DNA of 63,988 bases, counting the filler, from Reticulomyxa filosa (Eukaryota > Protista > Foraminifera): NCBI GenBank assembly GCA_000512085.1. It is 14 parts of 14 records of this genome, joined end to end, with 100 filler letters (N's around TTAATTAATTAA, not from the genome) between each part and the next. Parts side by side here need not be neighbours in the genome. Positions count along the whole stretch, not along the records: positions 21,554 to 27,579 come from ASPP01005243.1; positions 27,680 to 30,824 come from ASPP01007486.1; positions 30,925 to 32,385 come from ASPP01038197.1; positions 32,486 to 39,192 come from ASPP01013759.1; 10 more parts are not named here. One strand, 5' to 3'. Numbering within the stretch: the stretch's first letter is position 1; each line of letters starts with the position of its first letter. The notes under the pieces were generated by a model. That model was not told the origin of the DNA. It worked only from the letters and a program-made list of their open reading frames with translations, and ran no database searches. Of the stretch, positions 24,501 through 35,143 are shown piece after piece. The translations under genes and the position numbers were made by a program.

Positions 24501-25750
24501 TTACGAGCTCCCACCATCGAGAAGAGAGGAGGCCATGTGAATCCGTATCCATCGACTGAAGTCACGAGACAATTTACTTTTGATAGAATAATTGCGATAT
24601 ATACCAAAAGAAAGCAGTTTGGCAATGACACAGTCGCAGTGCAAAGTCCACAATCTATACAATATATGTACATATATATATGTACATATATATAATTAAA
24701 GAAATGAACGAGAAAGCCTTTACCGTGATTGTGGTGAACAAAAGCGTTGTATTTCACTATCAACTTGGATTTATACGCTCTTTATATCATATTGTCAGTG
24801 TATCAATCAAGACAATGCGAACATGGATCATTTCGTTGTGGAGTGGTTTCTTTTAGGTTTGGATAGAGAGAAAGAGGAGAGAAAAAAAAAAAAGAGATCA
24901 AATAGTACATATGGCAAGCGGCAGTGGATCTTATGAAAGGGAAACAACGACGACAACGTATTGGTCAAAGCAATGTGAGCCTCGTGAGAAGCAAGTGGTG
25001 CCCAGTCTATAGAGACAATGTGGATCAACATAATAAATTTCTTGGAGATGATTCACGCTTTTTGCCAAGACTATTTGTGTCGTCAAAATCGATCAAGGGC
25101 AAAGCTTCTCAAAGTAATTCAAGTTAAATATTTATTATTGTTGTTTTTTTTTTTGTAAGTAATTTAAATTAATTTGTTGTTGCTTTCTATCTAAAGTTAC
25201 AAGAGCTAGAATAAGGCCACAAACAGTGAAAGTAATGGTGATGGAACCAAAGCAAATACCGCTGCATTGTTTGAGCAATCGAATTCAAAGAAACGCAGTC
25301 AAAATGTAGAACATTTATTTCTGCAGAAACAGATGATAGCACTCAAATCATTCAATGCTTTAACATTGATATTGAAACATTGTTTCAAATATTAGAAGTG
25401 TCTGCGGGTTACAATATAAATGAGATTTGATATTCTCAAAGCAGCTACAAGTCGTCACAAGTATTGCATGCCTATCTATGATTGCCAATGTAAGAAGATA
25501 TCTCACATTTGATTAATATAAAACAAAATACCATCAATGAATCAATAATCTCTCCAAAATTGCTGCTGACACAAGCATAAACGGGGTACAACTCTATAAT
25601 CAAGTGAATACCTGCAGACAGTTGCGTGCAAGTTATACAATCAAAGGTCCTGATTGTGCAATCCTTTGTAAGTATCAATTCATTCTTCACAAGCATTGAT
25701 CTAGTGAAAAAGGACCCAAAGTGTTATTGTAATACTTTGCTGAAAGAATC
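21554..25750 (+). pseudogene. RNF213/mysterin-like multi-AAA+ ATPase pseudogene
   Basis: Broken frames give collinear motifs: FDNNCLL..QIEQRFGMP (~DNMLKILAIEMRF..GIP), LLPLG*LNQSS (Walker B ~LFFDEANT), LHCGSPY (~IAACNPY), SFGFAVILSRVK (~FFGLRDYYSLIK), ESRYM and VRNARNVMLAMQS (~SRYLL, CRNINRVKICMET), VVAIIIHM. Confidence 0.55.
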
Positions 25751-26522
25751 GCCGTTTGGTCAAATTGTTTGTTCCATTGTAATTTTTGAAGAAAATAAAC
25801 TTATTTTCATTGTTTTATTTAAAACATAATTTGTTTTTCGGTTATTGAAAATAAATTGATATCATTTTTTTAAAAAAAACGTCAGCAACGTAGTTTTTTC
25901 CGAAGGAAAAGAAAGAGAAAAAATGACAAAAAAGTCTCACTGTCATTTGAATACATTTTTTTACAGTATTAGAAAAGTAAGTATTCGAGCATGACAGAAG
26001 AAGTGATGCCAACTTCATTGTGTACAAGCAAGATTTTTGCTTTTTACTCGAGCCTGACACATTGTATCAGGTACAGCAAACTATTGGACGCTTGTTAAGA
26101 AAAATGCGCACAAAAATAAAAAAGATTTTTAAGTTTTATATATATAAGCAAATCACAAAATGTGTTCTTTGAAATTGCGAGGAAAATTGCGAAAACATCC
26201 CTGACAAAACAAGTTGCAAATGATCAGATTACAAAGAAAAATCATCTCTTGGTTTGCAAAATTTGTTAATTTTTTTAAAATAATGTATCTTCAATGACTA
26301 TCATAAAGTACGGTGAATAAAAAAACTCGAGGAATGGAAATAACTTTCAATCAAAGTGGAACAAAATTGAGTGATCACATCGTCAGTTGCAGTGTTTCAA
26401 AAAGGGGACCGTTTTGGAAATTTTGATGGAACATAATTTTCCAAAAAAATTTCCCAAAATTAAGTTAACTTTTTCTTCTTATCATTTTTGTTTTAAGAAG
26501 AAAATAGAAGCATTGATATAAA

Positions 26523-27418
26523 TTAGCAGCTTTCCCACCACTCTGGAGGTCCCAATCCAGCTCCATCCATACTTGCAATGATCACCATAGGTTCTTTTTT
26601 CAAAAGTTCTTTCAGCAACAGTGAGCCCTCATTGTTCATTTCGTCAGTAGAACTTAGTGCCCTATTAACGTTCGCAGTGCCGAGATGTAATCTCTCTTTC
26701 ACTTGCTTTTGAAGCAAGTCACTGTTGCTTTTACTCTTGCCATCGACAGTTTTGTCAATTTTCATGCTTTTTTCGTCCATTTCGGAAGAAATGTTGTCTA
26801 TGCCACTTTTTAGATTACTTTCACTAATATTTGGATCGACATCTATTTTGATAACATTTCTCGATTCTAACCCCCTTTCTGACTGAAATTCGATACGATG
26901 GCATTTTATATATACACGATCATACGTTTCAATTGCCAATTTGACTCCTTTGCTCGTCTTTCATTTTTATGAATTTTTTTTTTTAAAATAAAAAAAAGGG
27001 GTAAAAAAAAAATTGAAGAAAACCTGATAAACAAAATTCTTATGTTCCGGGTCAAACACGGATGGATATGGTAATAATGCATGCGGAATAAAAACTTGTT
27101 CAAAAAATTCCAAGCTGACGCGTATGCCACTTGGATCGCTGTGAACGACTTTGCCTTCAAACACTTCATCTACATAAGGACGGAATACTACCAACGAAAG
27201 ACAACTTTGCAGACAGTCCCACCATCACTTAGTTCTGAAATGTGTAACTCGCCAATTTTATCTAACCCCGAAACTGTTATACAAAGCCCATGATTTGGAG
27301 GAATAATCGTATTCACAAACTTGTGATGCAGTTTTGTTAATACTTCTTCCGTTATGTCTTCTTTGAAGTGTTTCGGCTTTATGTGCAACATGCAAGACGC
27401 TTGCAACTCGAAAAACAT
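26523..27418 (-). CDS. POLR3H: RNA polymerase III subunit RPC8/Rpc25; 1-nt frameshift near 27193, intron 26958-27023
   Basis: GLCI, KVVFR/LVVFRPYVDEVFEGKV..SD..GIRVSLEFFEQVFIP..LLPYPS, and C-terminal GLGPPEWW. Confidence 0.9.
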
Positions 27419-27700
27419 TGCAAGGACTTTGATTTTACAAATTTAATTCCAAAATATTGTTTATTAAAATAATCACATTACAAAAAAATATATAAAAAAA
27501 TTTACTTGCACTTTTTTACAAAAAAAAAAATTTTCTTACCAAAAAAAGGCAATATAATAACTACCTTATTTTTAAACTANNNNNNNNNNNNNNNNNNNNN
27601 NNNNNNNNNNNNNNNNNNNNNNNTTAATTAATTAANNNNNNNNNNNNNNNNNNNNNNNNNNNNNNNNNNNNNNNNNNNNAAAAAAAAACAAAAAAAACAG

Positions 27701-27948
27701 ACATTTTTGAAGAGAAAATCAAAAAGCATCGACTGAAAGAGTATTTCCCAGAATATGACGGAAAAGATGGTAATTATTCAGATGGAGTCAACTACATTCA
27801 AAAGCTATTTTTATCACAAAATCAAGACAAGTCCAGAGTCATTTATGCGCATGTGTCATGTGCCACCGATCCTGAGAACGTTGACAGAGTATTCAGCGCT
27901 GTCAGAGATATGCTTATTCGTAATGCAATGCAAAGAGGATTCGTTTAA
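27701..27948 (+). CDS. Heterotrimeric G-protein alpha subunit, last exon (absent from the ORF track)
   Basis: After an acceptor ...acag it reads IFEEKIKKHRLKEYFPEYDG...VIYAHVSCATDPENVDRVFSAVRDMLIRNAMQRGFV*, which includes the G5 (T/S)CAT motif. Confidence 0.92.
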
Positions 27949-28897
27949 AATTGACGTCGCCATTTTTTTTTTCCACTAATCTTCTTGTCTTTTTTAATTG
28001 TTGTATAAAGCGCTTTTTTTTAATTTTTTAATTTTTTAAAAAAAACGTTCCCCCCCTCTTTGTGCTCTTATTTTTTTGTGATTTGCTTGGAAAGAAAGTA
28101 AAGGGAAAAAAATTTTAATCATTGAGATCGGCTTGAGTTTGTTTTACAATTGACCAGGAAACAGATTTATATATATCAAATTTAAAAAAAAAAAGAAGAC
28201 TATCTAGCAATGGTCACACGACCTATTTTCTTTAGAGACAGCTTTGGTTGTTTTTTTCTTTGCATCGTTTTCAACTTCTTGCACAATTAAACGCGCATGT
28301 TGTAGTCTTGATTACTAGAACTGATTTATCACGCTTTTTTTTTCTTTTTGTTTGTGATGGTAGTTTATTACTATCATCATTGTTCGTGAATTTGTACAAT
28401 CTCTTTAAAATGTTTGACACTTTTTTTTTTTGCCACTTGATCCACTTTTCTTTTATCTTCAAATACGAAACCCTCATTTGCGGAATGCAGGAAGTGGGCA
28501 TGTTCACAGAAAAGATAATATGAGATTTATGCTCTGCCTAAAATCCAAGAAATGTTCAATAATTGGTTGGCACATTCCGCAATACTAATTACAATTTTTT
28601 GCAAGTGTGTTGTTGTGATTATATGTGGAACACGGCTTGAGTATGATGAAAACAACAAAGCATATATCCCTTGCGTTGAAAGTTTCTGTTCAAAAGATTG
28701 GATAAGTCCAATGCATAAATATCCAAGATAAAGGATAGTAAAAGTAATTACTGAAAAAGGAAAAGGAAAATAAACATTCGTGTCACAATGTGCGCTGATC
28801 CATTCAGATCAATCAATAAAATAAAATTAAAAAAACAAAACACTTGAAAAAAAAACAAAAATATTGCCAAAACGATATATTTTCAGACATTTTTGAC

Positions 28898-29920
28898 TCA
28901 AAGATTCCATATGAACTCGATTTTTTTGCTCATGGCATTGCTCTTCTCGATAAACTTATCCACGTTGGAAATAACATTATCCCACTCTTGTTGTTCTGGA
29001 AGGCTAGCCTGAGTCAATATCTGTATTAATTCGAACTTCTCTTTCGCGGAAAGATTTTCGATGTTACAATCACTCAATGTTGGACTTTCTTTGGACAGGG
29101 TGAGCTCCTCTGTTTTTACCAGAGTACGTACAGTGGTCATGGCATCTTCTTTGTCTTTTTCAAAATTCTTGGAAAACGTGGCTACGTGATTTTTTTTTTG
29201 CAGCTCTTCCTTTGAAATATCTCCAAGTTTTTGAAGCGCTGTAATTTTCCTCTGTTGCAAGTTTTTTCTCAATCGATCGTAGCAAGCCAACCCCAGCACA
29301 ATGCAGTTTTCGAATGTATACGTACACCGTGCAATTGACTGAAATATTTTAAATATAGAATCTAAACTGTTCAAATAAAAGGCGAAGTTTTTCCCACCTT
29401 TTTTGGAAAATTTCTGCATTTTGCGATATGGTTTTCCATGAAGTCGTAGTCTTTTGAAATTCTCTTTCCACCATTCCTCCCCATTCTTTGATTTGCTTAG
29501 ATATTGCCTTCGTCATACAATTTCGTATGCTAATGTTTGGCTCCTGATTAATTTCTTTCCTGAGTCTCGCCACTGTAGATTTCAACCTTTGGGCTATAGC
29601 TATTGAAGTGTCAATACTTACCTTACTCTGTGCCAATTCATTGACAATGGACAGACTCCAGTTCGACATTTCCTCCATTGTGTCCTCCAAATCTTTTTTG
29701 AGCTTTTCATACGTGCGCCTTCTAAAGCACAATATCGTTTTTCTTCTTTCAGCGCGCTTTCTAGATCGCGTATTGCCTCTACAGCTTTCTCATTGCATTT
29801 TTTGCTTTTTGCAAACTTTTCATTTCTTCTAACGTGCCTTGATCAGACATAAACTGAAACATTCGAAATATATTGTTTTCACGTTTTGCCTCACTATTTT
29901 CGTTCTCAATCTCCATTATC
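28898..29920 (-). CDS. Hypothetical coiled-coil protein (split ORFs)
   Basis: Charged helical ORFs 29349-29732 and 28898-29419; no family recognised. Confidence 0.4.
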
Positions 29921-30379
29921 AATTTGATTTTTGAAGGACTTTCGTGGAAAATTTTTCAAAATATTTAAAAAAAACAGGCAAATGAAAAACAGTAACAAAC
30001 AGAAAACACTTTTGTTGGTCAAAATTGAGGAATTTTTAAAACCCTTTTAAACGAACTTTTTAGTGTTTGAGAAGCACGTCTCTGTACAAAATATTTCAGC
30101 TTGTTAGAAAAAGGTAGATAAAAAAAAATCAAGAGAAAGAGAAGAAACAAACTAAAAAAGTAAAATAAGAAATAAAGACATTATGTAATGCAAAAATAAT
30201 CACAATGCTATAATAAACAGTTTTAAAAGAAAAAAATATGCCAAAAATTTCTTTTGGATAAAAATTACACTTGTTTTCATTTCTGAATTTCCAGTCAGAG
30301 CTAACAAAACGTCCTTCAATTTTTAAAAAAACTCTTTGATGTCGACCCGTTGTTTTTCTTTCATTCTGTGAGAAGTTAG

Positions 30380-30824
30380 TTGAAACTGATGAATGACGAG
30401 TATCTTTTAAGACTAGAGCCAGGTGCGCAAATTGAGATCAGAGACGACACAAAAAATACTTACAAGAACTCAGTGGACGCAGTAAGATTGAACAAAAGAT
30501 TGAAAAAAAACAAATTTTTGAAAAATGTACGCAATGACTTTTATCAGTTTAACAAGTTGACAAAAGAATTGGACACGATGATCAGACGTTTGAACGGAGA
30601 AAATTCAACGTACACTGCATTTCAAAGCGATCTGAATCAAACAATGACAAACACATTTAAATGGAAATTAAGTTTTTTTGAGGAATTGGCAAAGAGTAAA
30701 TCAAACATGGACACATTGATTCTGGACACAAATTTGTTGCAAAATATGATAGAGGATTTACCTAAAAATATTAACAAGAACAACAATGTTGCACAAAAAA
30801 ATCAAAAGACAAAACAAATGCTTG
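30380..30824 (+). CDS. Hypothetical coiled-coil protein, truncated at contig end
   Basis: About 148 open codons in AT-rich DNA. Confidence 0.4.
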
Positions 30825-31879
30825 NNNNNNNNNNNNNNNNNNNNNNNNNNNNNNNNNNNNNNNNNNNNTTAATTAATTAANNNNNNNNNNNNNNNNNNNN
30901 NNNNNNNNNNNNNNNNNNNNNNNNGTTTATCAAAGTTATTTTTTTTTGAGATGTAACCTCATTTCTAAAATCACACATGTATGTCACTCAATCAAAAAAA
31001 AAAAAAAAAAATCTCTTCAGTGAGTGAGTGAGTGAAAAACTAAACAGATCATTCCGCTGGGAATGTTGTTGCTTTGGATCTGGTAGTTCAGATCCACGAG
31101 TGATGCTTCAAAGTGTCCGTACGTATTTGTGAAGTTATAAATGGAACGAAATGAGTGCCAGGTCTTTTCATTAATCCAATCAAAATACTCTCCATATGAA
31201 GTATTATCTTTGATTTGAGTCTCATCATTTAAACTCTTATAAACTCTTGTTTGTGTTGTAATGGAGACAGGGGAAATCTGAAAACTCATACGTACCGAAA
31301 AAGTCTTTGAGCGAGTGAAAACTAGCATGCAACTCGTGTAACGCTGCTTACTCGTTTTCTGAGAGAGTCAGATGAAATAACGAAAAACTTTGCTTCGTTT
31401 CCAATTCCTCGCAAAATACAAGCACATCACTCATTTCAGCTTTTTTTTTAAAAAAAGAACTCTGTCTAACATTAAAAAAAGTGACACTTATAAATTTATC
31501 AAAGTTTTTTTTTAAGTGGACGAAGAGGTTTATAAAAATAATCCATAAGAACTTTACTGATACATTAAAGACATGATTTTTTTATTTAAAAAAAGTGATC
31601 AAGTAAAGTATGTTCAAAAAGGGACAAAGGTTCCCCGTTCTCATAAAAAATGATACAACATGTTTTACATTATAACAAGTGAAGAGTAAGATAAAAACTA
31701 ATGTTATTTGTTGTTTATTAAAAGAAAGCTCAAACGTTATTAATGTATACAGCAGGTTATTGAATTACCCCCAAATTGTCTTGCAATAATTTATTTACAA
31801 TATAATTTTGTTTATTCAAATACTTTATTTTTTTTTTTTTGTCGTTACAAAAAAGTTCTTTTTTTAAAAAAGGGCATTG

Positions 31880-32385
31880 CACATTTTGTTAATCTTGTAA
31901 GTTGGGAATTTCGATAATGAACAAAGTCACTTTTTCCACTAATGCCTTAAAAACCATTCCCAAAGAAGTCAATGATAAATTGATACTTCAATCTTTTGTT
32001 GCTGAGTTCGTCGTTGGCCGCGTTGGTAACACCTGCCCGCTCACTGCCGGCTAGGTTGATTAAATACAATGTAGACACTTGCTCAGAAAAGCCAACAGTG
32101 TCTTCACAGTCTAGTTAATGATTGTGAATAACTAGTATACTGTGAGAATGTGAGCTATTCTCATTCATTGTTGTTGATCCAGCAACACTTTTGGATTGGC
32201 CCAATTCAATCAATGTTAATAAATCGTCCATTATGAATTGGCTAGATTGTTGTATTCTAAGTTGTTTCGGAGCAACATTGTCGAACTGTAACAAATCTTT
32301 TAATTTTTTATTGTAAATTTCCAAAAAAGTTAAAGATAGCTCGTATTTCTTTTTATCTTTGTTTGCGGAAATGTGTTCGTAAATA
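31880..32385 (-). pseudogene. Kinesin motor-domain pseudogene fragment
   Basis: LTFLEIYN.KLKDLL; TTMNENSSHSHSI (switch I SSRSH altered); LINLAGSER (switch II DLAGSE altered); SINLSLTSLG; YRNSQLTRL. Internal stop, deletion and frameshifts. Confidence 0.9.
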
Positions 32386-32485
32386 NNNNNNNNNNNNNNN
32401 NNNNNNNNNNNNNNNNNNNNNNNNNNNNNTTAATTAATTAANNNNNNNNNNNNNNNNNNNNNNNNNNNNNNNNNNNNNNNNNNNN

Positions 32486-32519
<34 letters not shown>

Positions 32520-32521
<2 letters not shown>

Positions 32522-33082
32522 AAAACGTCAATCTTTTCAGCGTCAGCTTCTTTTGGGGTGTCTTGTTTTTGCTCGGTCTCTTGTGTGGGGACTTGCTTTT
32601 CGTCTTTGACACGTGCAAACTTTTCTTCCAACAACGTGTAATCGATTTTGTAGTGAGTGATGGTCTTTTCACTTTCTTTCCACAGTGTGTTTTCCGCTTG
32701 TATCTTTGTAAATTTCGTCCAATGGAATGGCTTCATTGTACTCGACTTTGGCTTGATCGCCATTATGTCTGACGACTCCGCCGACACGTTCTTGTTTTGG
32801 CTCTCTTTGCTCGTGCTTCCCACGCCACTCCATTCCTCGATTATACTCGAGTCCACGCCGTCCATTCGCATTCGATTTATTATCGACGCCGTCGGCATAC
32901 CCAACTTCTTCATTCGCTCGTATTTACCCATGTTCACTTCTATTCCCCATCCATTTTTTTTTTTTTTTGTTGTTCATTATGTTCGTTTAAAGCAAAAAGT
33001 CTCTCTCTCTCTGTGGTGCTCTTAAACAACAATTTCTCTATCAATAATTTAAAATAACCCACTCACTATTTTCTGTCGTCAT
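32520..33082 (-). CDS. Formin fragment: CCDC53-C-like helical motif followed by the start of FH2
   Basis: KYERMKKLGMP...IINRMRMDGVD, then MKPFHWTK...NTLW...IDYTLLEEKF. Confidence 0.75.
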
Positions 33083-33599
33083 GGTTTTTTTGCTTTTCTT
33101 TTTCCGACTTTGGGATTCAAAAAAAAAAAGAAAAAAACCGATCAAGCAAATGATGTTACTTCAAAATGAATTTTTTTTTTGAGGATTATCCTGGTTGTCC
33201 CCCTAAGAACCTTTTCCCTTTTTAAGCGAGAGAAATATTATCAATTTATAGATACAATACAAAAAATAAAAACATAGCCTTTCAATTTATTTAATACTCT
33301 CAAACAAAAAAAAAAATTAAACTTAAATGGAAATATTTTCAAATATTTGATTCTACTAAGCGTGTGGAAGTTTTAGTGAACTATGGGGCCACTCGTGTTC
33401 GTCATATTAGTCAAATTTCTCCCTCAATGACGTTTGAACTACTACAAGTACACAAAAATACGCATTTGCTGTTGCGCAAGATAAACTTTGTTCTTTTAAA
33501 TTATAACTTTGTCGTGAACATTCAAAATCAAAATGAATTCAATATTCAAAAGACAGTTAACATTTTTTAACAAAAACAAATTATTTATTATTATATGTT

Positions 33600-34094
33600 T
33601 CGTCATCACCATATTCGGATTGTTGTATCAAAAGAACCTGACACAATTGTATTGCCATCTGGTGAGACATCCACACCTGATACCTGTTTGTGATGTACTT
33701 CCAATTTTTGTATTTCATTTCATAATTGCACATCACATAATCAAATCGTAGTATCATATGAACAAGAAACAATAGTTTGATCATTTGGAAAATATTTCAC
33801 ATTGTGTATAATGTCTAAGTGCCCTTTCAATATGCAAACTTCTTTTTCTGCTTTTATATTCCATATTCGAATAGTTTTATCACGTGGAACGGATACAATA
33901 AATTTACCATCTGGAGAAAATTTTGCTCGCAATGCGGCATTAGAATCCATGACTAATTTCTTCAAGTTTTCACCAGATTTTGCGTCACATATAATAATTG
34001 TTTTATCATTAGATGCTGACACAATTCATATAACATTTGAATGACCAATCAAATTGTTTTATTTCTTTTCCGGAATTGATATCCACGATCGAAT
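33600..34094 (-). pseudogene. WD40 family-A pseudogene, 5' part missing next to the Tc1 element
   Basis: AKFSPDGKFIVS...KGHLDIIHNVKYFPNDQTIVSCSYD...DVSPDGNTIVSGSFDTTIRIW, with stops. Confidence 0.85.
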
Positions 34095-34096
34095 TA

Positions 34097-35143
34097 CAGT
34101 AAAATGCAAAGTAAAGTTGACACCTAAAACGGCACCTTATAGAGATAATTGATTTTCTACATGAAAAAACAACATTCAGACCTAATTTTTTAAAATGTCT
34201 ACAAATTGTGTACTTTTTAAATATTATTTTGATTTTTTATTACATCTTTCCTAATTGTTTAAAAAATTTGAATATTTTATTGATTTTTGAAAATTTTCGA
34301 GAAAAAGTTGACAATAGTGCCTACGTCGTAACCATGAAACTTGACAACTTTTTTAAAGCATTTTCAGAAAGTTCTAAATACGTATATATTTGTAAAAAAA
34401 AAGATTAGTCTTCTACGTTGTGTAGTTTTGAGAAAACTCAATTTTTTGCAGAATTTAATGTTATTTTTAAAATTTATATTATGAATGCATAATGGTTTTT
34501 GACTAATGTTTGATTGTCTATACTTATCATTGGTTTTTTTGCTTTTTTTTGTCCAGTGCCAAACAAGTCAAGTTAATTCAAAAGCATAAGAACTAACTTT
34601 TTTTGTAGTAAAATTATTTTTAATGAAAATTACCATAGTTAATCGCTTTTTGCCTTTTGTACTGCTTGTATTATATCTGACACTGACTTTGTTAAATTTG
34701 TTCATGTTTCTTTGTCAATTTTTTCCAATTCTAATTCTAATTGTTTCTAAAGTTCTTCTTTTGATCTGAATGGTCTATTTTTAAATATTTTTGTTTTCAC
34801 ATTCATGACTTACAGTAAATTTTTTTGCAACTTTGAGCGAACTACAGTCCTAACGCAACAGTTCAACAGCACGCCTTTTGTTAAAATTCTCAATCATTTA
34901 GCCATTTTCAAAAAAAATAATTAAAAAACTCAAATATCGAACTACACTTAGCTAAAAAAAAAGAAAAGAAAAATAAAGAATAAAATATTGAAATAATTTA
35001 ATAAAAACCAAAATTATATTTAAAAAGTACAAAATTTGTAGATATTTTTTTTAAATTATGTCTGAATGTTGTCTTTTCGTGTAGAAAATCAATCATTCTA
35101 TAAGATGCAGTTTTAGGTGTCAACTTTACTTTGCATTCTAATG
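34097..35143 (-). mobile_element. Non-autonomous, internally deleted Tc1/mariner-superfamily DNA transposon
   Basis: About 145-bp imperfect TIRs (cagtaaaatgcaaagtaaagttgacacctaaaac... / ...gttttaggtgtcaactttactttgcattctaatg) flanked by TA. Minus strand 34905-34630 has MAK*L..FNKRRAVELLR*DCSSLKVAKKFTVS fused to KNRPFRSKEEL*KQLELELEKIDKET*TNLTKSVSDIIQAVQKAK. Confidence 0.88.

Noticed and set aside
24500-24800. PIWI/Argonaute-like scraps (NPYPST, FTVIVVNK)
   Set aside because: Wrong order, no catalytic motifs, and better explained as part of the AAA+ pseudogene.
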